Shown here: positions 20,046 through 28,920 of the stretch, piece by piece | Layout of the letters: the number at the start of each line of letters is the position of its first letter | How positions within the stretch are numbered: the stretch's first letter is position 1 | Source of the DNA: an uncultured virus (IMG/VR IMGVR_UViG_3300028008_002028) | Lineage: Duplodnaviria; Heunggongvirae; Uroviricota; Caudoviricetes | Strand: one strand, 5' to 3' | Length of the DNA stretch: 64,000 nucleotides | Virus record (IMG/VR): IMGVR_UViG_3300028008_002028 | Translations under genes and position numbers: made by a program | The notes under the pieces: model-generated | The model's input: only the letters and a program-made list of their open reading frames with translations | The model's database searches: none | Told to the model about the DNA's origin: nothing

Positions 20046-22061
20046 ATGAGAATTACCGAAGTAGACAACCCAGTAACACAGGCTGATATTGATCAGTTAG
20101 AAGTGTTTGCTGACCGTTTGTTTGCTAAAGTAGGCATTGATGTAGAATTTACTCGACACTTTTTAGACAGAGTCAATGACGAACGTAATGTAAAACAAAT
20201 TACAATGTCAGAACTTACACGTCTATTTAAACAAGAATACAAACGTTGGGGCAAGCCAATTGCACAACTAGGCCCAGATGCAGAAGCAGTAATGAAAGAT
20301 ATGGCAACAAATATTAACTTGCCATTTGCACTACGTTGGGATCACAAGAATAATGAATTAGATCTTATTGCTAAAACAGTAATGCGTAAAGCAAACTTCA
20401 CAACATCTAATCAAGAGTTTGCAGTAGAAGATGGATACAAGTCTTTGTTCAGACCAAGTGCTTATGAATTAGCTGCAGATAGATTACACAGTGTATTACA
20501 ACGTAAAGAAAAAGAAAACGGTGGTGTATTTAGACATGCACTAGGTTGGTATGCATCTAAGATTGCAAGTGGATTTAGAGATATAGATAGCAGAGAATTA
20601 ACAGCATACTATCAAAAGAATTTTGATGCAGTATTAAGTGAAAGTGATTTACCTTATATTACAGAAGAAGCCGCACCTAAACTTGATTTTGATCAATTAA
20701 GAATAAAAATACCTGCCAACGATAATGCTAAACCAATCAAAGGCGAAGTTATTGATTTAAATGCTCGTAGAGCAGCGGCAAAAGAAGCACTCAGCAAAAT
20801 GTCTGATGCAGAGAAAAAAGCCGCAAATGAATTTATTAAAAAGAACAAAACTCTACTACAACGACTATCAGCAGTTGGAGCCAGATCAGCAGCAAGACAT
20901 GGCGTAGCAACAGTATCAAGTGCGGTAACAGGCCCACTTGCACCAGCAGTAGCAACAGTATTAAACGTTACATTGCTAGGTTGGGATTTAGTTGATGCAG
21001 GTGTAGAAGTATGGAAGTGGGCAAGATCAAGCAACAGCAAAGACATTGAACAAGGAAATGCAAACAGAGAATTTGGCAATAAGTTTGCTTTAGAAATTCC
21101 AGCATATCCTACAAAATGGCCAATGGATAGAACAGGCACAGTATTAAAAAGAAAACAATCAGAATGGATGAAAGAATTTGGTAATACACATTTACGTAAT
21201 GGCGACCTTAATCCATCTGCAGGGTATCAAGATGCAATAATGAAAATTGCACAAGCAAATGTTGATGCACAAAATAGAGCAAGTGATAACGAGCTTATTA
21301 AAAAAGCTCAAAAAAATAAGGCTCCTACTGTTAGTTTTCAAAATATTCCACCATTAGAAGTTCCAACATTTGATCCAGAAATTGAAATACCTACTCCTAG
21401 TAAAGATAAAGAGATAGATAAAACTAATCCAAAAAGAATAACTACACCAAACAAAGGCGACCCATTTATAGAACCAGAGTTGCCAATAGAGCCTGCTCCA
21501 ACAGGCCCTAAAGTTATAACTAAATCACCCGAACAACCACAACCACCAGATTTTGATCCTAAAAACCCAGAAGTACCAGGTCCATCAACTGACCCTGAGA
21601 TCGATCCTACTGCTCCAAAAAGAGTTAAGGAACCTAAAAAGGGTGACCCATTTACAGAACCAAAAGCACCTATAGAGCCGGCTCCAAAAGGCCCTAAAGT
21701 TGTAACTACCCCACCAAAACAACCAAAGAATCCAACACAAGACCCGGATAATCCAGAGGTGCCGGACAGCACTCCATCTGATCAGCCAGATATTGAAATT
21801 CCACAGCCGCTTAACGCACCTCAAAAGGATATTCCGTTTATACCGCCAGCAAATTTAACCGACCCAGAAGTAGCATTCCAAAAGAACCCAGTAGTTGTTG
21901 CACCACCTGTTGCAGGCGCAGGTACTCAACCTCCTTCGAATAACAATAACAATAAAAAGAACAAACGTAGGAAGAAAAATGATTGGGGATCGGGAAGCGA
22001 TAGTGATTACAATGATCCACTACAGCGTTGGCAACGTAAGTATGGAATGTGGGATCAGTAA
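20046..22061 (+). CDS. Modular protein: RegB/RelE-like N-terminal domain, hydrophobic segment, Pro-rich repeats
   Basis: FTRHFLDR...AKTVMRK; MRITE leader; TAAATA at 20022. Confidence 0.5.
   Translation: MRITEVDNPVTQADIDQLEVFADRLFAKVGIDVEFTRHFLDRVNDERNVKQITMSELTRLFKQEYKRWGKPIAQLGPDAEAVMKDMATNINLPFALRWDHKNNELDLIAKTVMRKANFTTSNQEFAVEDGYKSLFRPSAYELAADRLHSVLQRKEKENGGVFRHALGWYASKIASGFRDIDSRELTAYYQKNFDAVLSESDLPYITEEAAPKLDFDQLRIKIPANDNAKPIKGEVIDLNARRAAAKEALSKMSDAEKKAANEFIKKNKTLLQRLSAVGARSAARHGVATVSSAVTGPLAPAVATVLNVTLLGWDLVDAGVEVWKWARSSNSKDIEQGNANREFGNKFALEIPAYPTKWPMDRTGTVLKRKQSEWMKEFGNTHLRNGDLNPSAGYQDAIMKIAQANVDAQNRASDNELIKKAQKNKAPTVSFQNIPPLEVPTFDPEIEIPTPSKDKEIDKTNPKRITTPNKGDPFIEPELPIEPAPTGPKVITKSPEQPQPPDFDPKNPEVPGPSTDPEIDPTAPKRVKEPKKGDPFTEPKAPIEPAPKGPKVVTTPPKQPKNPTQDPDNPEVPDSTPSDQPDIEIPQPLNAPQKDIPFIPPANLTDPEVAFQKNPVVVAPPVAGAGTQPPSNNNNNKKNKRRKKNDWGSGSDSDYNDPLQRWQRKYGMWDQ
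21411..21782 (+). repeat. Two diverged ~186-bp (62-aa) Pro-rich tandem repeats
   Basis: EID..PKR...KGDPF.EP..PIEPAP.GPKV...DP.NPEVP occurs twice, starting 21411 and 21597. Confidence 0.8.
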
Positions 22062-22252
22062 TGAAAATAAAAGACATATTAAAGTTACCCAATATTGAAA
22101 TCGGAGATGAGATATTAGTAGGCAAATTTAAAAACCGTAAAGCAGTAGTTACAGGGTTTGCAACAGATGAGAATAACCAGCCAGTGTTAAAAACAACCAA
22201 AGGCGATCAAAAACTATTCAAACCAAGAATAGTTAAATTAATGGACAAGTAA
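22061..22252 (+). CDS. Small hypothetical protein (SH3/KOW-like barrel possible)
   Basis: MKIKDIL leader; IEIGDEILVGKFKNRKAVV. Confidence 0.6.
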   Translation: MKIKDILKLPNIEIGDEILVGKFKNRKAVVTGFATDENNQPVLKTTKGDQKLFKPRIVKLMDK

Positions 22253-22253
22253 A

Positions 22254-22583
22254 ATGCTAATAAATGAAATAACATCAAACGAAAGGCGTGCTAGGAAGAA
22301 AGCATATGCACTTAAAACAATGGCAAAGTATCGTAAAGCTGCTGAGCTAGGAATAGATCCATCTAAAGTTAATCAACGCAGAGATGAGCCAACTCCTGTT
22401 AAGGAAGATGGTGTAATTGTTCCAGGTGTTAACACTACAGTAGATGTTAAGCCAGGCGAAACTGAACGTCAAGCTGCAAAGTTTGGCAACGGTAAAATTA
22501 AACCACTAATGCCTAAACGAGGCAAGTCACAATCAATCAATACATTGTATAATATGGGCTTGGCCGAAAAAACTTCCAAGTAA
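22254..22583 (+). CDS. Hypothetical basic protein
   Basis: MLINEI leader; EDGVIVPGVNTTVDVKPGE module. Confidence 0.6.
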   Translation: MLINEITSNERRARKKAYALKTMAKYRKAAELGIDPSKVNQRRDEPTPVKEDGVIVPGVNTTVDVKPGETERQAAKFGNGKIKPLMPKRGKSQSINTLYNMGLAEKTSK

Positions 22584-22592
22584 GGATAAAAA

Positions 22593-23792
22593 ATGTCAAC
22601 TCCGAGTGACAAAATAGTAAACAGATATAACAAATCGTTCTGTATTAAACCTTTCACTGAAATATCAAATTCAGCAATTGGTGAAAGAATGTTATGCTGT
22701 CGCAGTGAACCTGTTGGAATAAAAATCAAAAACCCAGATATCACCGAAGACTTTTTTAATAATCCAGCTATGCATGAGATTAGAAGAAAAATGCTTGCTG
22801 GTGAAGAAGTAAAAGAATGTTGGATATGCAAAGAAACAGAGATGGCATCTGGTAAATCACATAGAACATTTGTAATGCAAGACTTCGAGCAAGCTGAAGT
22901 TGATGAAATATTTAAAACTGGTAAAGTAGAATTAAGATCTTTAGACATACGTTTTGGGACTAAATGTAACCTAGCATGTGTAATGTGTGGACCAGGAAGT
23001 AGTAGTTTAATTGCAAAAGAAGAAGCTGAAGAAGAATATCAACTAGTTGACTTAAACGACTTTTCATTAGATCAAATTAAAAAACATTCCAACGGTATTG
23101 TACTATTCAAAACAACAGGTGGCGAACCTATGTTGTTGCCAGCGTATAAGAAAACACTTGAGTTTTTTGTAGAGAAAGACCTTGCAAAGAATATAGAGTT
23201 TACAACTATTACAAACGGCACAGTTGATTACAGTGACCTAATGCCGTTAATGAATCAGTTTAAACATTTTAAAATTAGTCACAGTATAGATGCTGCAGAC
23301 GAGTCATATAATTATGTTAGATGGCCAGGAACAATGTCACGTATACAGCGTATACATAAACGTATTGTAGAAAATTCTAAGCAATATAAAAATATAAAAC
23401 TTGAATTTGGTTCTACTATACATGTATTAAACGTACATCAAGTAGTTAAAATTTCTAAGTATTTAGAAACACTTGGTATGCATAATGCTTATAACATAGA
23501 TATGGTACATGATCCTGATTATATGCAACCTGGGTTGGTCACTAAGAAAGTACTTGATGAGCTAGAAGCAGAAGCAATAGAATGGAAAACTGAAAAACCC
23601 GGAGAATATAGACAAGAAATACTTGACTTTGTTGCAACATTAAGGTATAATTACAATAAGATTAATACTAATCCAGCACATAAACGAGAATTACTTGATG
23701 AGCTAGAAGTTAAAACAATATTTTGGAAAGCAAAAAGAAAACTAGATGTTCGTGATTATATCCCCTATTATAAAGAAGTACAAGCACAATGA
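22593..23792 (+). CDS. Radical SAM protein with N-terminal SPASM/twitch-like region
   Basis: CNLACVMC, GGEP, N-terminal FCIKPF...CC...CWIC. Confidence 0.9.
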   Translation: MSTPSDKIVNRYNKSFCIKPFTEISNSAIGERMLCCRSEPVGIKIKNPDITEDFFNNPAMHEIRRKMLAGEEVKECWICKETEMASGKSHRTFVMQDFEQAEVDEIFKTGKVELRSLDIRFGTKCNLACVMCGPGSSSLIAKEEAEEEYQLVDLNDFSLDQIKKHSNGIVLFKTTGGEPMLLPAYKKTLEFFVEKDLAKNIEFTTITNGTVDYSDLMPLMNQFKHFKISHSIDAADESYNYVRWPGTMSRIQRIHKRIVENSKQYKNIKLEFGSTIHVLNVHQVVKISKYLETLGMHNAYNIDMVHDPDYMQPGLVTKKVLDELEAEAIEWKTEKPGEYRQEILDFVATLRYNYNKINTNPAHKRELLDELEVKTIFWKAKRKLDVRDYIPYYKEVQAQ

Positions 23793-24202
23793 AAGTAACA
23801 CTAAAAAGATTTAATTCAAAAGATTTATACAAGTTAAGAAGTATTCTCGATAAAGAAACTGCCGAACTAGCACATATACAATGGCCTTTTAATAAGGAAG
23901 CAGCCGCACAGTTTATTAATGACTATAATACATGGGGCGTGTGGGTTAACCACGGAACATTAGTAGGCGCAGTAGAAGTAAAAGAAGATTTAGAAACAGC
24001 ATATTTTATTAAAGACGGCTGGCGTAATAATGGAATAGGTACAAAAGCTATTCAATTGTGTATAGAAGAGTTTGGCGAACATCAATTATGGTGTATTATT
24101 GAGCCTAACAATAAAGCCAGTCTAAGAGCCGCTCAAAAAGGTGGATTAAGGGTAAAATTTATTAATCCAGACAACAAAGACTTAATTACTGTCGTAAAAT
24201 AG
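23789..24202 (+). CDS. GNAT (RimJ/RimL-like) acetyltransferase
   Basis: WRNNGIGT acetyl-CoA motif; N..S.R..QK.G. Confidence 0.8.
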   Translation: MKVTLKRFNSKDLYKLRSILDKETAELAHIQWPFNKEAAAQFINDYNTWGVWVNHGTLVGAVEVKEDLETAYFIKDGWRNNGIGTKAIQLCIEEFGEHQLWCIIEPNNKASLRAAQKGGLRVKFINPDNKDLITVVK

Positions 24203-24210
24203 AGAATGAT

Positions 24211-24447
24211 ATGTCTAACAAGAAGATTACTCGGGAAGATCTAACTGCTACAGAAGGTCCAATGAATAATGTAGCAAGTGAAGATGCAATGGTTTATGCT
24301 AAGGCTGACCCAAACCGACCAATGGACAACAAACGGAAACGGGTTGTTGTAGCTAAAAAACAAAAAATAAAGAAAAGTAGTAAGAAATTAGACCGTAGAA
24401 TTACTAAAAGTTTAATTAGGAATGTGGATAACCTTCCAAAAGATTGA
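24211..24447 (+). CDS. Hypothetical basic protein
   Basis: ORF in + strand gene run. Confidence 0.55.
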   Translation: MSNKKITREDLTATEGPMNNVASEDAMVYAKADPNRPMDNKRKRVVVAKKQKIKKSSKKLDRRITKSLIRNVDNLPKD

Positions 24448-24476
24448 CAAAAGAAATCAAATAGATAAATACTAGT

Positions 24477-24671
24477 ATGAAAATATATGACATCATAACA
24501 GAAGATGCTGAAGCAGGTTCTACAATGGCAGGTAATGTTGCCAGTGTAAGTTTTCCATTGTTTGGAAAAAAGAAGATGATCAGGCGTGCTGTTGATCCAA
24601 AAGGATATTTAGGTGACGGTAAGATTAAAAAACAATCTACTGGATATAATACGGAGGTTAAGTTAAAATGA
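24477..24671 (+). CDS. Small hypothetical protein, leaderless, putative packaged peptide
   Basis: TAAATA-N5-ATG; MKIYDIITE leader. Confidence 0.65.
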   Translation: MKIYDIITEDAEAGSTMAGNVASVSFPLFGKKKMIRRAVDPKGYLGDGKIKKQSTGYNTEVKLK

Positions 24672-24967
24672 AGATTAACGAGATCCACGAATCAATACAC
24701 CAAATGAATCCGGAGGAGCCAATGAATCCTGAAGTCTTAATACAGGGTTATGGTAGATTAAATTTAAAGCAATTAGAAGATAAAGTCAGCAAAATGTTTG
24801 AAGAACTTGCTGTCAGAGCCAGCAGAGGCGATTGGGAAGGTGTGCAATACAACCTAAACAAAGGCCTAGTGCAGGAATTTATTAAAACCATCAATGTAGC
24901 ATATGATGAGTTAGAACAAAAACGAAGACGCGGCGGCAAGAGTAGTCGTGGCATTGAAAAGAGGTAA
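24668..24967 (+). CDS. Hypothetical protein
   Basis: MKINEIHE leader; SD GGAGG. Confidence 0.65.
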   Translation: MKINEIHESIHQMNPEEPMNPEVLIQGYGRLNLKQLEDKVSKMFEELAVRASRGDWEGVQYNLNKGLVQEFIKTINVAYDELEQKRRRGGKSSRGIEKR

Positions 24968-24972
24968 CGACT

Positions 24973-26082
24973 ATGAGCAATAAAATTGACAACACATTTA
25001 GCAAGGCGGCGATCGAATTAGCTAAATTAGAAAAAGCATTTGCTGAGAATAGCAAATTAGAAAAAGCAGTTATGGAATCAAATGGAGATGTTTCAGTTAT
25101 AGCTGATGTTAGATCTCACATAGCACAAGCAATCAAATCATTAACACCACAAACTATTACAGAAGGCGTATTAGATTCAGATGATGATGATGGATTTATG
25201 GCACGTAGCCAACTATATTTCTTAGCCAGAGATGCAATTAAATTGCACAGCGTTATAGATGATAGAGATGACTTGGAGCCATGGGTTGCAAGTAAAATTG
25301 CTCAAGCTAGTAAAGACATGGATTCAGTTCGTCGTTACACTGAATACAATGCCATGAAAGCTGAAGTAGAACCAGAGATGCAACCAGCGCCAGAAGTAGA
25401 ATCATTAGAAGAAGATCCAGTAGATCGTAAAATGCAAGTAACAAATGCTGATAAAGAGGGAAACACTCCGGCATGGCAACGTTATAAAGCAGGCGATCCT
25501 AGATATGAATACAAAGAACCAGTAAAAGAGTTTGCCGGAGCAGATGGCCCAGGTAAAGCAAGTATGCCACAGGGCATTGCACTAGCAGGTGATAGCATTT
25601 GGTTAAACAAAGACGGAATGCAGTATGCAGATGACGTTGTAACAATTACAGATTACAAAGTTGAAGAAACTGACGGTATGATCGAAGTATGGGTAGAACA
25701 TACTGCTCCTTGGGAAATTTATACAGACTCAGGTTTTGCAAAAGGTATCAGCAACATGCTAGGTATTGATGTTGACTGGAGTGAACAAGGTATGCAAGCA
25801 CAAGGTGTAGCACATTTAGAAGGCGACACTGACTTAGATGAAGCTATTCGTCCAGTAAGAAGTGCAGCTTCTAAACTAAATCAAATTGGACAAGGCGTTC
25901 GTAATAAAACTAATGACGAAACACCAGCTAAAGTAGGCGAAGGCAAGAAGAAAAAGAAATACGAAGCAGTTAAAGAAGAAACAAAATTTGATGATAAGCC
26001 AGAGCACAGTGAATTAAAAACAGTTGCACAGGACATGTTTAAGAATGCATTAGCAAACGCTAAGAAAAAAGCAAGGAAGTAA
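24973..26082 (+). CDS. Modular acidic protein (putative internal head polyprotein)
   Basis: Modules bounded by ITE/G, LEE/D, VKE/F, LDE/A. Confidence 0.55.
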   Translation: MSNKIDNTFSKAAIELAKLEKAFAENSKLEKAVMESNGDVSVIADVRSHIAQAIKSLTPQTITEGVLDSDDDDGFMARSQLYFLARDAIKLHSVIDDRDDLEPWVASKIAQASKDMDSVRRYTEYNAMKAEVEPEMQPAPEVESLEEDPVDRKMQVTNADKEGNTPAWQRYKAGDPRYEYKEPVKEFAGADGPGKASMPQGIALAGDSIWLNKDGMQYADDVVTITDYKVEETDGMIEVWVEHTAPWEIYTDSGFAKGISNMLGIDVDWSEQGMQAQGVAHLEGDTDLDEAIRPVRSAASKLNQIGQGVRNKTNDETPAKVGEGKKKKKYEAVKEETKFDDKPEHSELKTVAQDMFKNALANAKKKARK

Positions 26083-26084
26083 CT

Positions 26085-27452
26085 ATGAAAGCTGATCAAT
26101 TAAACGAATTTGACAAAAAAGATTGGGAAGAAAACGAATCAGTAAATCTTCACAGTGAAAATGCATTAGAGCTTGCTAAAGAATTTGGAACGCCAGAAGA
26201 AGTAGAAGCAATGCAAAGAATTATGGATCAGCACATGCGTAGAGGACACATTCTACCGCATGAAATTGAAGAGCGTAATGCATTAACATCAAAATATTAC
26301 AGTATGTTAGAGCATTCAGTTAACCCAACGTTTAGATCAACATTAGAAGGCTACAAAGTTATGCCTGCAATGGATCCTAAGTATGTAGAGCGTAAAGGAC
26401 TTGAAGGTCCTTTTACTACATTAAGCGGCAAGGTTGTTTATTACGATCCTAAAGAAGGTGCATATTACGATCCGGACACAGACATTTATCTTTCATACGA
26501 TGAATTCCAACAGTACGATAACGATTACAGTGGAATAGGCGACGAAGAAGCAGACGACTTTATTAAAGACATTGAACCAAAAGAAACTGTAGAAGAATCA
26601 GCTCAAGACTTTAGTGGAAAAGAGAGAAACTTTATACATGACTTGTGCATGATGCACGATGGTGTTAAAAGAGATCCAGCCGGATTAAGATATCTTGGAA
26701 CATCTGAAATGTGGGATGAAGACAGTATTCTAAAAGATAAAGGTAAATTAACTACTCTAATGCTTTGGGTTAAGAAAAACAAAGACGTTGTTGAAAAACG
26801 TTTTTCACGTATGTTTGGTAACTATAGCAACAGAGATGAAAATGGAAAAGTAACAGCATCAGATGGTAATCAAATGCTTAATGACATTATTAATAAGATT
26901 GGTAGCATTGGTGAACAAACTGTAAAAGGCCCAAGAGGACATTTAAGTTCTATTGTAGCTGACGACCTTAACGAAATAGATTGTTGGGATGGTTATAGAA
27001 AAGACGGAACTAAGCCTGGCACAGGTAAAAACAAAGGCAAGCGTGTAAACAATTGCGTTAAAGAAGCTGGCGGATATTATACACAGCCAGTATATGATAT
27101 GATTAAACAACATGGTTATCCAAAAGTAATGCACAAACTATTAACAAGTTTACATGCAGATGTAATTCAGGACTTTTTAAACCGTGTAGATTTAGATGAA
27201 GCAAACCTTAATGAGTCTGGTTCAGATGAAAGTGTAAAAAACATTGACGAGATTTTAGTAAAAATGGGTGCTGAGGCTCCAAGCGATATCATTGCTGATA
27301 TTATGCATTGGATTGATGCACACCCAGGTGAAAACTTAGAAGACTTAATAAGACAAGCTAATGGTTATTACAACGATGAATTAGAAGAAGGCAAGTACGT
27401 TAGCGATGCACAACGCAAAGCGGTTCATGCCTCAAAAGCGGAGAAAAAATAA
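26085..27452 (+). CDS. Modular protein (putative internal head polyprotein)
   Basis: MKADQLNE leader; modules bounded by LE/G, VEE/S, LNE/I, VKE/A, LNE/S, LEE/G. Confidence 0.55.
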   Translation: MKADQLNEFDKKDWEENESVNLHSENALELAKEFGTPEEVEAMQRIMDQHMRRGHILPHEIEERNALTSKYYSMLEHSVNPTFRSTLEGYKVMPAMDPKYVERKGLEGPFTTLSGKVVYYDPKEGAYYDPDTDIYLSYDEFQQYDNDYSGIGDEEADDFIKDIEPKETVEESAQDFSGKERNFIHDLCMMHDGVKRDPAGLRYLGTSEMWDEDSILKDKGKLTTLMLWVKKNKDVVEKRFSRMFGNYSNRDENGKVTASDGNQMLNDIINKIGSIGEQTVKGPRGHLSSIVADDLNEIDCWDGYRKDGTKPGTGKNKGKRVNNCVKEAGGYYTQPVYDMIKQHGYPKVMHKLLTSLHADVIQDFLNRVDLDEANLNESGSDESVKNIDEILVKMGAEAPSDIIADIMHWIDAHPGENLEDLIRQANGYYNDELEEGKYVSDAQRKAVHASKAEKK

Positions 27453-28909
27453 TGGGTATATTAAGCGATATCGTAAATGAAGATAAGGTAGAGATGTGCC
27501 CAGAAGCATGTTGTGGAAAGCCTATAACAGAATGCAAATGTGGACCAGATTGCGAACACTGTGATTGTCATTCTAAGAATTCAGCAATAAATGAAGGCAC
27601 TATGATTGGCGGACTAATGAAATATGATGGTCAGCCAGAAGGCGAATATGCAGACGCAGTAGCAAAATACAAAGAATTTATGTCTAAGCCTCGCCCACCA
27701 GGTGAAGCTACAAATACTATGGTTCAAGGTTTTGTATTTGACGATGACTTATTGGATAACCTAGGCGATGCTGAAGAACATGGAGATATACTTGATGTTA
27801 GATTTATTGTTCAAAGCAGGCTAGAAGATTTCTTTGGAGATGATTTTGAACTAAGTGAAGGCACACAAGGTTGTGCAGATTGCGAATGGATTAAAGATGA
27901 AACAGACGGCGACATTGATACATGTGATGATTGTGCAGCAGAAAAGCGTCAAACTAATGAAGCAGAAAAGCGTTGGAAACAAACTAGTATGTCTCCACAA
28001 GAAGCAATAGCAAAATACGGTAAAGAAAACGTAAAAGTTAAAAAAGGTGCATTGCGTAATGGCGATGATATGGTAGAAGTATTTGTTGAATCAATGAATG
28101 AAGGCGGAAATTCAGTAGAGGCATTTATGTCACATGTAGTTGATCATGCTAAAGAAATTCAAGCAGATAACTATAGAATGACTGATAGTTCATATTATGA
28201 ATTCACAGATGAAATAGATACAGATGATGAAGAATTTATGAGTATGCCACAAGTGCAAGCTATATTAAAAGCAATACCACATGTGGATATGGAAAACACA
28301 GATATTAAACATGCAATTGATGTTTTAGCATCAGGCGAATTACTTGAAGCAGAAACTGAATCATATTCACCAGGTGATGAAATGGAAGATGGCGTAGTAA
28401 GTAATTGCTGTGGCGCTCCATTAATGGACTACAATGATGGACATGGTAGATGTAGTGATTGTAAAGAAATGGCTGCAGGCGAAACTGATGAAGAATACTA
28501 CGAAGCAGATGATAAATTACCAGAGCCAGAATTCCAACTAATGAAAAAATCATTATTAAGAAGCAAATGGTATCTTGAGAATGAAGAAATGGATCCAGAA
28601 ATGGTAGCAACAGAATTACGTGATGTTAACGCTATGCTTGATGCAGTTAACAGAAGCGAAAGTGAAGCACCACTTGATCTTGATACATCAGTTGAAGAAG
28701 AATATATGAGTTTATACAACCAATGTGTTGCTAAGTTAAGAGGTGCAGGTTCTAATATATATGGAGTAGATCATGACGTTTTGCCACTAGATGCAAAACC
28801 TAATCCAGATTCACCATATAATTCAGGTCAAGTAGAAGAAAATATTTTACCTGTAAGTGAATTTGATAATGAACTACAAAGGATTCAAGACTTAGTTAAG
28901 TTTAGATAA
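27452..28909 (+). CDS. Modular acidic, Cys-rich protein (putative internal head polyprotein)
   Basis: Three Cys clusters; modules bounded by VNE/D, INE/G, LSE/G, MNE/G, LLE/A, VEE/N. Confidence 0.55.
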   Translation: MGILSDIVNEDKVEMCPEACCGKPITECKCGPDCEHCDCHSKNSAINEGTMIGGLMKYDGQPEGEYADAVAKYKEFMSKPRPPGEATNTMVQGFVFDDDLLDNLGDAEEHGDILDVRFIVQSRLEDFFGDDFELSEGTQGCADCEWIKDETDGDIDTCDDCAAEKRQTNEAEKRWKQTSMSPQEAIAKYGKENVKVKKGALRNGDDMVEVFVESMNEGGNSVEAFMSHVVDHAKEIQADNYRMTDSSYYEFTDEIDTDDEEFMSMPQVQAILKAIPHVDMENTDIKHAIDVLASGELLEAETESYSPGDEMEDGVVSNCCGAPLMDYNDGHGRCSDCKEMAAGETDEEYYEADDKLPEPEFQLMKKSLLRSKWYLENEEMDPEMVATELRDVNAMLDAVNRSESEAPLDLDTSVEEEYMSLYNQCVAKLRGAGSNIYGVDHDVLPLDAKPNPDSPYNSGQVEENILPVSEFDNELQRIQDLVKFR

Positions 28910-28920
28910 GGAATAATAAG

